NCBI RefSeq assembly: GCF_964204645.1
Contig: NC_134027.1
Span: 26,808,560-26,872,559 of the forward strand
Length of the DNA: 64,000 bases
DNA from: Tubulanus polymorphus
Lineage: Eukaryota > Animalia > Nemertea
Reading direction: 5' to 3'
In this document: piece after piece, positions 37,075 to 51,057 of the stretch
How positions within the stretch are numbered: position 1 is the stretch's first letter
How the letters are laid out: every line of letters begins with the position of its first letter
The notes under the pieces: generated by a model
Seen by the model: only the letters and a program-made list of their open reading frames with translations
Told to the model about the DNA's origin: nothing
Databases searched by the model: none
Position numbers and translations under genes: made by a program

Positions 37075-40000
37075 ATGAAGTGGATATATATGATATGTTT
37101 GTGTGTGTTTTTGATATTGATAGTTGTGAGTGATTTTAATGGAGTTATTGCTGATGAAACGAAAGCGGACCACCATCAACCACATTCTTCAGTTCAAAAT
37201 CATTCCGATAATATTCGATTTCACGTGGCTACCGTCAATTTCGGCTATGTACAAACTCCTTATATTATATCAGTATGGATCCTAATCGCTAGTATCGCTA
37301 AAATCGGTGAGTAGAATTTACTAAATTCTCTTAAAAACAACCTGTAATCAATCAACTGTCAAATTGAGAAATGTCAATTTGAAATTTCACTGATGAATTT
37401 ATTCTGACAGTATTGTCACCTATTTGACCTGTTTTAGTTTACTGACTGTATTTTGCTATTGTTAAGTTGTTTTAAGTAGTAATTTTATGAAGAAGTCAAG
37501 TCTAGTCTAGTGCTCTGCTGCCTTTTCGCACTGCAGTGTATGTGCTAGTTAACTGGGGTTGGTTGTGAGTCCAATGTACACACTTATTGATCTCAGGTTC
37601 CTATAATTTCTCGGAAATCATTTTTCAATGTCTGGAGACTGTCACTTAAAATATAATTCATTCATTCTTGAACATTTCATTTCAATTACACTTATTTATA
37701 TTGACACAATTTCTGGGACTGGGTATGATTAAAAAAGAGTTTCTGATTGATTCATTAAGAAAAGAACACATAATCTTTCCCCAATGTTAAATAGGTCATT
37801 CTTAATTTATTCATATCTCCTCATTTCAATAGACTTGATAAAAGTACATATATTGATAGAAAGGCCTGTATGATAAAAGCTCCTCCGTGAATGGTTGAAA
37901 AGAAGGCGTTGTAATTTAGAACGGACTCTGCTCATGTTTTATTAAAAACACTCGTCACGTGTTGGACTCATGCAGATTTTTTCTATCGCTTGTTTGGTTC
38001 TAATTGAGTGAGGCAGTGATAGACCGTTTTAGAATATCAAGAATCCATGACATTTTCTCGTTTCCATGAAGAGCAAAGAAATGAACTAAACATTTTGGCG
38101 AGTTAATTAGATTTATGACAGCAACAAGCTCGTTATACCGGGGCAGTAATGATGTTGACGTCATTCGGTACCGTGGGTTACCGAAGACGAATTACTCCCT
38201 CGATTCCGTCAGGGAGAAACATGAATTCTCAGAATCTGTCGTCACTGACGATGAATCAACGCGCGATGATTCTCGATATTTTTATGCCGGCGTTCAGATA
38301 TTCCATCGCCCACTTATATCATCATTATTACTTCATGTATATTCATTATTTGACTGTGTTTGATTAACTTCAAGCTGTTAAAGCAATCTTATCTTATACT
38401 GTTTTTGATTTTCATGAATTTTGATTCTCTCGATATAGTTTCAAATGAAGTGCTCAGTATATACACGTAATGTATGGAAAAATACAGAGCCGTCGTTATC
38501 TCGTGGTCCGTATAAAAGTAATGAAATGTCACTCATAGTTCAGACGTGTTTATATCAGAGATCAGACAGTCCCTGTCCCCCGAGGTAACGACGGCTGATT
38601 TATATTCATTTCACGCTTGCAAGACCTCAGGTTTTTTACCGTAAATCGATTAGAAAGAACATAATTCAGACAGCGGTATACACTACTATCAACTCTTTCC
38701 AGAATATTCCGCAGTTCTTGCACCTTGAAAAATAGATAGAACATTGCCCATCATTGATATCTATCTTGATATAAAATTTTGCCTTATTTGACATAGCACC
38801 TTTGAATGAACGAGGCACTCACTGGTTTCATCTTCAATGACATTGTTTCCATTTGTTGGGTTTTTTAAGGGGCTTCAATTATTCTTTACTGAAACCTTTT
38901 CGACGTCAAATATTAAGCTTTTGAAACATTGAAAATGAAACTTCATGATGTGATCTCTCACATTAGTGAATGAAGCAGTTGTCACTGTAAGCAATGGTGA
39001 AACATTGACAATTCAATTAATTCTTTATTGTTCCGTAACGTAGTTAAACATTATAAGATTAAGTACAATAAAGACAGGGGGATAAAATATAACATTTTAA
39101 AGATAGAGATAACAAAAACAATAACAGTTTAATATACATATATACACAGGTTTTCAGTAAGTGAATCAGTGATAGTTTAATTAATGCCGATAACGGATAC
39201 TGCGACGTAAAACACTACAGATTTCAGATAGTTTTTTTTTTTTTCATGAGTTAGACCCTTTCTCGATGTATTTCCCTAAATATTTGGCCATTTCTATAGA
39301 GGACATTATAGTTACAAATTTGACTTTATCATTTACATTTTGACATGAACTCGTGTCAAGGGGCAGCAGATCATTTAACAAGGATTGCAGGTGTTTGAAC
39401 TGGGGCTGCAGATTTGAATTGATATCGGTAGCTCCTCCAGAACGACTGAATTCAGTGATTAAATCAGATATTTCTATCTATATTTTTCAGATTTGAATTG
39501 ATATCGGTAGCTCCTCTAGAACGACTGAATTCAGTGATTAAATCAGATATTTCTATCTATATTTTTCAGATTTGAATTGATATCGCTAGCTCCTCTAGAA
39601 CGACTGAATTCAGTGATTAAATCAGATATTTCTATCTATATTTTTCAGATTTGAATTGATATCGGTAGCTCCTCTAGAACGACTGAATTCAGTGATTAAA
39701 TCAGATATTTCTATCTATATTTTTCAGATTTGAATTGATATCGCTAGCTCCTTTAGAACGACTGAATTCAGTGATTAAATCAGATATTTCTATCTATATT
39801 TTTCAGATTTGAATTGATATCGGTAGCTCCTCTAGAACGACTGAATTCAGTGATTAAATCAGATATTTCTATCTATATTTTTCAGATTTGAATTGATATC
39901 GGTAGCTCCTCTAGAACGACTGAATTCAGTGATTAAATCAGATATTTCTATCTATATTTTTCAGATTTGAATTGATATCGGTAGCTCCTCTAGAACGACT

Positions 40001-43000
40001 GAATTCAGTGATTAAATCAGATATTTCTATCTATATTTTTCAGATTTGAATTGATATCGGTAGCTCCTTTAGAACGACTGAATTCAGTGATTAAATCAGA
40101 TATTTCTATCTATATTTTTCAGATTTGAATTGATATCGGTAGCTCCTCTAGAACGACTGAATTCAGTGATTAAATCAGATATTTCTATCTATATTTTTCA
40201 GATTTGAATTGATATCGGTAGCTCCTCTAGAACGACTGAATTCAGTGATTAAATCAGATATTTCTATCTATATTTTTCAGATTTGAATTGATATCGGTAG
40301 CTCCTCTAGAACGACTGAATTCAGTGATTAAATCAGATATTTCTATCTATATTTTTCAGATTTGAATTGATATCGGTAGCTCCTTTAGAACGACTGAATT
40401 CAGTGATTAAATCAGATATTTCTATCTATATTTTTCAGATTTGAATTGATATCGGTAGCTCCTCTAGAACGACTGAATTCAGTGATTAAATCAGATATTT
40501 CTATCTATATTTTTCAGATTTGAATTGATATCGGTAGCTCCTTTAGAACGACTGAATTCAGTGATTAAATCAGATATTTCTATCTATATTTTTCAGATTT
40601 GAATTGATATCGGTAGCTCCTTTAGAACGACTGAATTCAGTGATTAAATCAGATATTTCTATCTATATTTTTCAGATTTGAATTGATATCGGTAGCTCCT
40701 CTAGAACGACTGAATTCAGTGATTAAATCAGATATTTCTATCTATATTTTTCAGATTTGAATTGATATCGGTAGCTCCTCTAGAACGACTGAATTCAGTG
40801 ATTAAATCAGATATTTCTATCTATATTTTTCAGATTTGAATTGATATCGGTAGCTCCTCTAGAACGACTGAATTCAGTGATTAAATCAGATATTTCTATC
40901 TATATTTTTCAGATTTGAATTGATATCGGTAGCTCCTTTAGAACGACTGAATTCAGTGATTAAATCAGATATTTCTATCTCTATTTTTCAGGTTTCCATC
41001 TCAACAATAAACTATCGTCGATATTTCCGGAGAGTTGTATGCTGATCGTACTCGGCGTAATCGTCGGACTCATTTTATTCTTCGGACGTCTCGCGCGATT
41101 CGAAGATTACGTCCTCAACAGTTCGACGTTCTTCCTGTTTTTGCTGCCACCTATTGTCCTCGACGCCGGGTATTTTATGCCGAATCGAGCGTTTTTCGAC
41201 AATATCGGCACGATTCTCTTGTACGCGGTGATCGGGACGCTGTTTAACACGTTCGCTGTAGGATTGTCGCTGTACGCGTTGACAGCTCACGGTTTAGACT
41301 GGATGGGTGGATTACAGTTAGATTTGATGCATTGTTTATTGTTCAGTAGTCTGATATCGGCCGTCGATCCGGTCGCCGTTCTAGCCGTTTTTGAAGCTAT
41401 TCACATCGACGAGATGTTACATATCATTGTGTTCGGCGAATCGCTATTAAACGACGCGGTTACCGTCGTAAGTATATTTCTGCGTTTCCATGGAATCATT
41501 CTGTTGTCGTCTAGCAACGTTCGTTTAACGAAGTTTCGCCGTGTAATTCATACTCTATCGATTCTAATGTTTGATATGTCGGCGTATGATAAAAAGCGAT
41601 GTCAGGGGGGAGGGAGGGAGGGAGGGAGGAGGGACAGAGGGAGGAGGGATTGTTCCTACATATTGTCCGCCCTCTCTCTGTCTTACCACTGTTTTGTCTA
41701 TAAGAATATTATCAATATTGTGTCTGTCCTGTTTGTAATCAATACCACAGTAAGGATTACCGGTATACGGTATATCATCGACTTAGCCTAAATAGATTAC
41801 AATGTCTATGTTCACCTTAGCCTACGTAGATTACAATGTCTATGTTCACCTTAGCCTACGTAGATTACAATGTCTATGTTCACCTTAGCCTACGTAGATT
41901 ACAATGTCTATGTTCACCTTAGCCTACGTAGATTACAATGTCTATGTTCACCTTAGCCTACGTAGATTACAATGTCTATGTTCACCTTAGCCTACGTAGA
42001 TTACAATGTCTATGTTCACCTTAGCCTACGTAGATTACAATGTCTATGTTCACCTTAGCCTACGTAGATTACAATGTCTAAGTTCACCTTAGCCTACGTA
42101 GATTACAATGTCTAAGTTCACCTTAGCCTACGTAGATTACAACGTCTAAGTTCACCTTAGCCTACGTAGATTACAACGTCTATGTTCACCTTAGCCTACG
42201 TAGATTACAATGTCTATGTTTTAAACATGTATCTCTGATTAAGGCTCGAACCTGCACCACCACATGTCGTGTAGGCCTATTAGAAATCAAATCTGATCTG
42301 ATTGAAATCAGCTTTTAACATTTCAATTCATTAACTACACAAGTTGAAATTCATCGTTCGTTAAAGGCTGGTGGGTATTGAAAAGCGTGACTTTAACGTG
42401 GAACTTTCTTAGAATTCCCGTCCCCTATAACTTCCTCAATGATTCAAATCATTGCTCAGTCCTCTTTACTACAATACAAAGTCACCGCCTACTGCAATCA
42501 AATGTGCTCAAGTCGTCAAAGTAGAAGTCATGACACTTAAGTAAAGTCATCTCTTTTTGAGTCCCAATTAGTATTTCTAATTCATTCTACTAAGTGTAAG
42601 TCATCATTTGGAGAAGTTGTCACATTAATGAAGTCAATAGCTAGCACTGAAAGGGTTAAATTCGTATTTTGGAGAAGTCATCAAATCACTGAGGCTGTCT
42701 CTATTACTGAGTCCCAATTCCTAATTCTATTTACTAAGTGTTACACATCAACATGATGATCGTCCTAAATGCTAGGGGCGACTTACTTCTGATTTTCACT
42801 GTATTTGCTTTCACCCTGATCATGGATGTATAAACTAGATGTTAGTTTATAGTTTATACGTCTATGCCCTGATCTGGTATGTTTAATATGTATTTTCAGG
42901 TGCTGTACCACGTATTCGAGAGTTTCAGTGAAATAGAGAAACATGGAACGATTGTCACAGTGGATATAGTATCGGGATGCGCGTCGTTTTTTGTAATAGG

Positions 43001-46000
43001 ATTAGTCGGGATGGTGATCGGGATCGTGTTCGGTTTAATCACCGGATTCATTACTAAATACACGTCTCATGTTCGCGTAATCGAACCTCTGTTTGTATTC
43101 GTCATGTCGTATCTGTCGTATTTAACTGCTGAAATATTTCACTTCTCCGGAATCATGGCGTAAGTATTTCTGAGTTCATAATTATTTCCACTGTTGTCGT
43201 TGCGTAGAGCTTCATGATTTTCAGTATTGGTTGAGAAATACTGATTTGTTTGATGCGTACAGAAATATGATATAAGAAATAAGATGTTACTGAGGGTCTT
43301 ACTGTTGATTACTGATTAATGTGAACAGAAATATGAAGGATGTTACTGAGGGTCTTACTGTTGATTACTAATTAATTTGTACAGAAATATGAAAGATGTT
43401 ACTGAGGGTCTTACTGTTGATTACTGATTAATTTGAACAGATATATGAAGAATGTTACTGAGGGTCTTACGGTTGATTACTGATTAATTTGAACAGATAT
43501 ATGAAGGATGTTACTGAGGGTCTAACTGTTGATAACTGATTAATCTGAGCATTTTCTTTCATATTTCAATATGTTACTGGAAAAAAATTCAATATGTTTC
43601 TGATAGTACATTTCAGAGGTTGGCCGCCCTGGTTGCGCAATATTCTGTGATGTATTCAAGCATGCACTAATGCTAGCGCAGAAAGCTGATATTGGGAATG
43701 CTGCCAATTTTTCCAAATCAATTTAGTCACATTCTTTATAGTGTAATTGAAATACCCACGATATTGATGATTGAAAGTGATAATTAATTACACCGATAGA
43801 TTAATTCTATCCGTCTTCAGAGATTTATTTGGAATCAATTAATTTCATTCATTTTAGATACAACTCTTTAAGATGGATAGAAACATTCTATCTGAAACGT
43901 TAGATTGACAGTTTAATGAATATTTGCCATCGATCTTTCATATTTCGAGCCTTTTGTACAGAAATTCACAATCTAGGATTCAGATATATTTGATCTGAAT
44001 ACGTGTTAAAGCAATCTACCACCAACCGCCGTATCTTTGATATTGTGGCTTCATTTACACTGCCGGTTTTCTCTATAAAACATAAAATTGGTTTCGTTTC
44101 ATCTTGTGGCATTTATTGAAATATCAATTCTGTAAAACTATGGTTTCCTAGCGAAATTACAGACTTTGCTATACCAGTGCACTATTAGTGCAGCTGAATC
44201 AATATTAAACCAGACTCGAGTATTTGTACTGTTATCTATATATCGCGTATGACCTTGTAAATGATCGTTGATATTTTTTCTCCGATTTAAACAGAATCGT
44301 ATTCTGCGGAATAACAATGAAACAATACGTCGAGATGAACATGTCTCAGAAATCACACACGACCGTCAAGTATTTTATGAAAATGACAGCGAATATCAGC
44401 GAGACGATAATCTTCATGTTTCTCGGCACGTCGACCGTAACTGATACGCACGAGTTCAATATCGGATTCATCGGTTTTACTCTCGTATTCTGTCTAGTAT
44501 ATAGAGCTATAGGTGAGTTCACTCCCTTCCTCCAAAACAGTGAGTCCTGTCCCTTTGATACTCTGGTACAGCGAGACCAGTCCCTCCGGCACAATTAGTC
44601 CTGTCCCTTCCTCCAGTACAGTGAGACCAGTCCCTCCAGCACAATTAGTCCTGTCCCTTTGATACTCTGGTACAGTGAGACCAGTCCCTCCAGCACAATT
44701 AGTCCTGTCCCTTCCTCCAGTACAGTGAAACCAGTCCCTCCAGCACAATTAGTCCTGTCCCTTTGATACTCTGGTACAGTGAAACCAGTCCCTCCAGCAC
44801 AATTAGTCCTGTCCCTTTGATACTCTGGTACAGTGAGACCAGTCCCTCCAGCACAATTAGTCCTGTCCCTTCCTCCAGTACAGTGAAACCAGTCCCTCCA
44901 GCACAATTAGTCCTGTCCCTTCCTCCAGTACAGTGAGACCAGTCCCTCCAGTACAATTAGTCCTGTCCCTTCCTCCAGTACAGTGAGACCAGTCCCTCCA
45001 GCACAATTAGTCCTGTCCCTTTGATACTCTGGTACAGTGAGACCAGTCCCTCCAGCACAATTAGTCCTGTCCCTTCCTCCAGTACAGTGAGACCAGTCCC
45101 TCCAGCACAATTAGTCCTGTCCCTTCCTCCTGTACAGTGAAACCAGTCCCTCCAGCACAATTAGTCCTGTCCCTTCCTCCAGTACAGTGAGACCAGTCCC
45201 TCCAGCACAATTAGTCCTGTCCCTTCCTCCAGTACAGTGAGACCAGTCCCTCCAGCACAATTAGTCCTGTCCCTTCCTCCAGTACAGTGAAACCAGTCCC
45301 TCCAGCACAATTAGTCCTGTCCCTTCCTCCAGTACAGTGAAACCAGTCCCTCCAGCACAATTAGTCCTGTCCCTTCCTCCAGTACAGTGAGTCAAGGCAT
45401 GTCGGGGAATATGGGTTTTTGGTGTCTTCTCTTTCTGGCTGGTGATGTGTTGTACAACCGTACCTCTTCATAAGAAACGGCCTCCACTAAGGGTATATCA
45501 ATGAATTCTGACATTTGTTGAAAATCAAGGAAAAGTCAGACAATTTGAATAATTTTGGTGTCTCGTTGCTGTTGCTGGTAATGAGTGGCCTAAGAAATCC
45601 CTTAATAAGAAACAGACCCCACTGATGATATCTTATTATATAATCAGGGAATTTTTGGTTGAGGGTCAGCTAATATCTGGGGATTTTGGATTCCCTGATC
45701 TGTAAGAATCCAGGCCCCGGTTCCACTGTTCTTGGTTAAATGTGACTCTGAATTAGTTTTTAACTCAGTCCCTTTAAACTCAAAATCTGAAGCCTGATAA
45801 CAATCTATCATATCTCGTGTAACTACTTGAATGATGAATTCAATTTCAGGTGTTGTAATATTAACAGCTATTGCGAATAGATTCCGTCTGGTAAAGTTGA
45901 GTAAAGTAGATCAGTTTGTGATGGCGTACGGAGGTTTACGAGGTGCTATCGCATTCTCTCTCGTTTCACTCTTACCCGCCGATATTATTGTCTATAAACG

Positions 46001-49000
46001 ATTATTCGTCACCGCAACAATCGTCGTCGTTTATTTCACCGTTTTTATCCAGGTAACAATTCCTTGTTATTTGTGCCGCAAGTACTAGTAGCGAAGACTG
46101 GTATTTTTCATAAAAATCAAGATCGTCCTATTAAACAATTTGACTGCGATCATTGTTTTATCTCTGATCATTCGGTTGATAAATCACAAAAATAAGTAAG
46201 ATTGCGTCACTGAATATCTCTGGACCGTATTTTTTCACTTATGGCACTTCCATTTGTCACTGGAGGGTAGAATACCTACTTACCTGTGCGTTTGATTAAA
46301 CTATAATGCGAAAAGGTTAAAGGTTGATTAGATGAATGAGGGATGATATTAAAGGTCATCGGTGAATGTTTATTAATAGATGAATTGTTGTTTTTTTATT
46401 CACACAGGGAATTACGATCAAACCCCTCGTTTATGCCTTAAAAGTCAAAAGGAGCACCAAACACAAACCATCGATGAATGAACAAATCCACGCCAGGGTA
46501 AGTTCTAGTTATTACCTCAACTCAGAGTTCTTACAGATCAGTGAAATCAGGGAATTCTGATTTAAGAATCGGGGGGTGTTTGTTGTTCTTGCTGGTTATG
46601 AGTGGCACAAGGAACCTCTTGATAAAAAACAGCCCCCATAGAGGATATCTTTCAATTTGATCCGGGATTCGAGTCGGGGATATATCAGAGAATTTTGGAT
46701 TCGCTAATCTGTAAGAACCCAGTCACCTACCCACCTGGAGTTTCTAACATATTTCGGGGTTTTATCAGGTGTTGATATGTGTTTAACTGATGACGTTGTC
46801 AATGCCTTGAACTATTTCTTTTCACTAGCAACCGTTAATTGAATGAACGCTCTGTTTCAATGGTGGTAATTGAATTAAAATATTTTCAGTTTATCGACCA
46901 CATTATGGCTGGAATTGAGGACATATCTGGACATCACGGGCACCATTTTCTTAGAGGAAAGTAAGTATTCATACTATAATCCCTATAGATCATCAGGTCT
47001 ACAATCCCTATAGTTCATCAGGTCCACAATCCCTATAGTTCATCAGGTCTACAATCCCTATAGTTCATCAGGTCTACAATCCCTATAGTTCATCAGGTCT
47101 ACAATCCCTATAGTTCATCAGGTCTACAATCCCTATAGTTCATCAGGTCTACAATCCCTATAGTTCATCAGGTCTACAATCCCTATAGTTCATCAGGTCT
47201 ACAATCCCTATAGTTCATCAGGTCTACAATCCCTATAGTTCATCAGGTCTACAATCCCTATAGTTCATCAGGTCTACAATCCCTATAGTTCATCAGGTCT
47301 ACAATCCCTATAGTTCATCAGGTCTACAATCCCTATAGTTCATCAGGTCTACAATCCCTCTAGTTCATCAGGTCTACAATCCCTATAGTTCATCATCGAT
47401 ACCTCTAGTGTTAATCATGTAGATATTTGATTCATTTCATTGTGTTCTCTAATTGATAAGCCAGTCAGGGGACACTGTAATATGGTTTCGACCACAGCAA
47501 TGTTATTATCTATATATTCATTGGTCAAAGAGAAATCAATTCGTAGCAAGAATGAAAACAATGTTAGATTAGATCGGTTTCATCTCTGTTTCATAATTCT
47601 GCTGTCTATCTGTCTAACTGCTGTCTATCTGTAACAGCATTTGATATTTACACGTTGAAGTTGAAGGAGATAGCTTCACGTTTTCACTATTAAAGGTTCC
47701 ATACGGCATACGCAGGGGGCAGCACTGTTTCATACTGTTTTATCGATTTCGTTACAGATTCGAATATTTCAATACGAGATACATCAAACCGTTATTGATA
47801 AAGAACGCGCCTAAAACTCGCGAAACGGGAATATTTGAAGTTTTCACGAAACTGAACATAAAAGACGCGATGGATCACATTGCGAGACACGGATCGTTTT
47901 CCGCTGAACACAATCTACTGAACGCTTCATCGCTGACGAAAATCATTCGAACAGCTTCAACTGGATCTATGCAAAGGTAAGACTGACGATCTGTTTGATA
48001 CTGTTAACAGATGCGAATTTATTGATTTAGGAATTTAACTATGAAAGAGAAGTCTGTCCCTGTCCCCACAACAGAATTCTGCCCCGCGACAGTACTCTGT
48101 GCCCACAACAGAATTCTGCCCCCACAACAGAATTCTGCCCCCACAACAGAATTCTGCCCCCACGACAGAATTCTGCCCCCACAACAGAATTCTGCCCCCA
48201 CAACAGAATTCTACCCCGCGACAGTACTCTGTGCCCACAACAGAATTCTGCCCCCACAACAGAATTCTGCCCCCACAACAGAATTCTGCCCCCACGACAG
48301 AATTCTGCCCCCACAACAGAATTCTGCCCCCACAACAGAATTCTGCCCCCACAACAGAATTCTGCCCCCACAACAGAATTCTGCCCCCACAACAGAATTC
48401 TGCCCCCACAACAGAATTCTGCCCCACAACCGAATTCTGCCCCCACGACAATATTCTGTCCCCACGACAGCAGTATTCTGTCCCCACAACAGCAGTATTT
48501 TTGTCCCCACGACAGCAGTATTCTGTCCCCGTGACAGAATTCTCTTTAAGTAGTTCCTGAATCAATCTACGTACTTACTATTGTAATACTTTTTGTGAAA
48601 CTGGTCTTCAGACCTGACTACTTCCAGTAGAACAGTAAAACCTCCCTTAGTAAAAACCTCTCTGTTGTGAATGCCGTTTGCCGGTACCAAAATTTTCTCA
48701 TCTTGAATACATACATCAGTTGTGCCTCCCCTCCCTATAGTAAATATTGAATACTTAGACAGAAAGTCAATTCTCTTTCAGAGCTCAAACGCTCAAAATC
48801 ACAATAGTTTCCAGTTCATTATCGATGAAACTGCTATTTTATACGTTAGATTGTGGCGAAAACTACTAAAATGGTAGATACAAAGTTAGTCACAGGTCTG
48901 GGCCACTGAACTTTAATGTATACTGTAACGATTGATACTTTATTTATATCTAGTACATGTCGACTATTGAATCCATCTCCTAATATTGAACGCAGGTATT

Positions 49001-51010
49001 CATAATATTGTCCTATTTATTATTATTATTCGCTGCTCTGTTCTCTCAATTCTGTTCATTCCTGCTTCATCGTTCTATAATTTCCATGTGTCATGAGATC
49101 AGAACCCAATGTATCCTCGCGCGAGACTCGAGACTTTTACACTGTAATCTGTTGTAGAAATAACTGCATCAAACAAACAAATGTTTTGTGTCTCACGCGT
49201 TCGTTTGGTTCTGGTTTCATCATTATGCTCGACTGTGGCAATCAATGATTCTGCTTGATTCCACCAGGTGTCGCTAGTACACAATCAGACAATGATTCCC
49301 AAATTTCTTCTCGGATTCAATTCAAATCTATCCATGATTTCCCAATTTTTCCTAAATTCTATGAATGATGAATAAAAATCCCGCTGTATTTGTAGCCTAA
49401 AGATCAATCTTAATTACTACTCATATTTCTACCTGACTAAAATTCTGTAATATTCATTCAATATAAATATAGCGAAAATCTGAAAAAGATCGCCACTTTC
49501 AGCTGCACCAAAATATACGCTCACATAACTTGACTTAAATGCTATTGATAGGATACGTCATCTAGTAGGATAGCGGCAGCACTGGGTCCTCATTAAAACG
49601 ATTATAGATATCTATAATAGTGAGTTAGAACAGGGAGGTGGGAGAGAATATTCCTGTTCAGCTGTTAAAATCTCTCTTATATTTGGTGAATACAATAATT
49701 TATACTTTGTGAATATTTTACATTCATCATTCAGAAGATTGATTTATATTTCACTTGCAATCATATTTGTTTATGCTGTCACAGCTTGGCATTTGAAACA
49801 TTAATGTTCGCGTATGTATCACAAGGGGGCGTTGTTTGGTGTAACCAGTCAGTGAGAGATGGTCGACTCGACTCTTTGGTCGACCTGTTCAGTTGACTAG
49901 TTGGTCGATATGTCATGTTTTACCTGCGTGATGGAAAGAGACACATAATGTTTGTAAGGTTCACCTAGAGTTTACTCTATTTATAGATGAATGATTGCTT
50001 TTTGCTTCTACATGTCTCTCCTCTCTCTCCTCTCTTGATTGGTGTATTCTTATTCTATGTTTCTGTATATATTTTAATTACCTGTCTGTTTGATATTGAT
50101 TCAATTTATAATGACTGCATATCTTGTATATAGAGCTGAACTAGTACCTTTCACAATGGGTGGAGGCCACTCCTGTCATTTTCACATCTACCCTTCTGAA
50201 AATCGACCTGCCTGGTCCAAAAATCCTCTACACATTAAGTTGATAATAATGCTCGCAACAATTGTTGTTTGTGTAAAGTAATGAGCTCGTGGTGAAATAA
50301 CAGATTACACAAAGAATTGAGCTTGATTTTGAGGAGACCAAAGGAATCGCTACTTCAGCAGCCACAATCTGTTTGGTCTAAACATTCAATGCAGCTCCTC
50401 TAAAACTAACTGCAGTGTTTGGAGAAACACTGTATTCTTATTCATTATCTGAAAATCTAGTTTAATTTAATCTTGAAAACCAATTCATTGAAGGAGTGTC
50501 TGGTAGATTGATATGATTGATAGTCTGTGTAGGGCCTGTAGTTAAATGGTGTCATCTGGCTTATTATTTATATATATATCGCAGATTTCTTATTCATAAA
50601 ATCTATGATAGCTCCCAATCCCATGTATCAGATGTTTGTTACGGCTGAAGGTCACCCTAATTGAAGGCTCTATGAAAAAAAAAACCGATTTTAAACATAT
50701 ACATGTATATAATATGTATATTTTCAATGATAATTCGATATGCCTTGTTATTGCTATTTATATCATTGTTCGGTACCTGGGAATTTATCGTTCAATCTAA
50801 ACGGATACAGTTAATACTTTTTACTGTTTTATTACTATTTTTAGAACAATTCATTAATCGATTAATCCATGTCTGAAAACTAGGTCAAGGTGGCCAGTTA
50901 GTAGAGTGGACATTGTGCAGGTCATACACACATGAACACAGTGATCAGGGTGTTATATCACTTGTGTAAAAATCACCTATATAGAGTGCAGTCATTAGTG
51001 ACTATATCTA

Positions 51011-51057
<47 letters not shown>

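Noticed and set aside
39412-40991. CRISPR-like array
   Set aside because: The units are contiguous with no unique spacers, and the context is a eukaryotic intron with no cas genes.
44494-48565. Repetitive ORFs in NHE introns
   Set aside because: They are translations of the 50/54-bp and 19-bp minisatellites, with no coherent frame.
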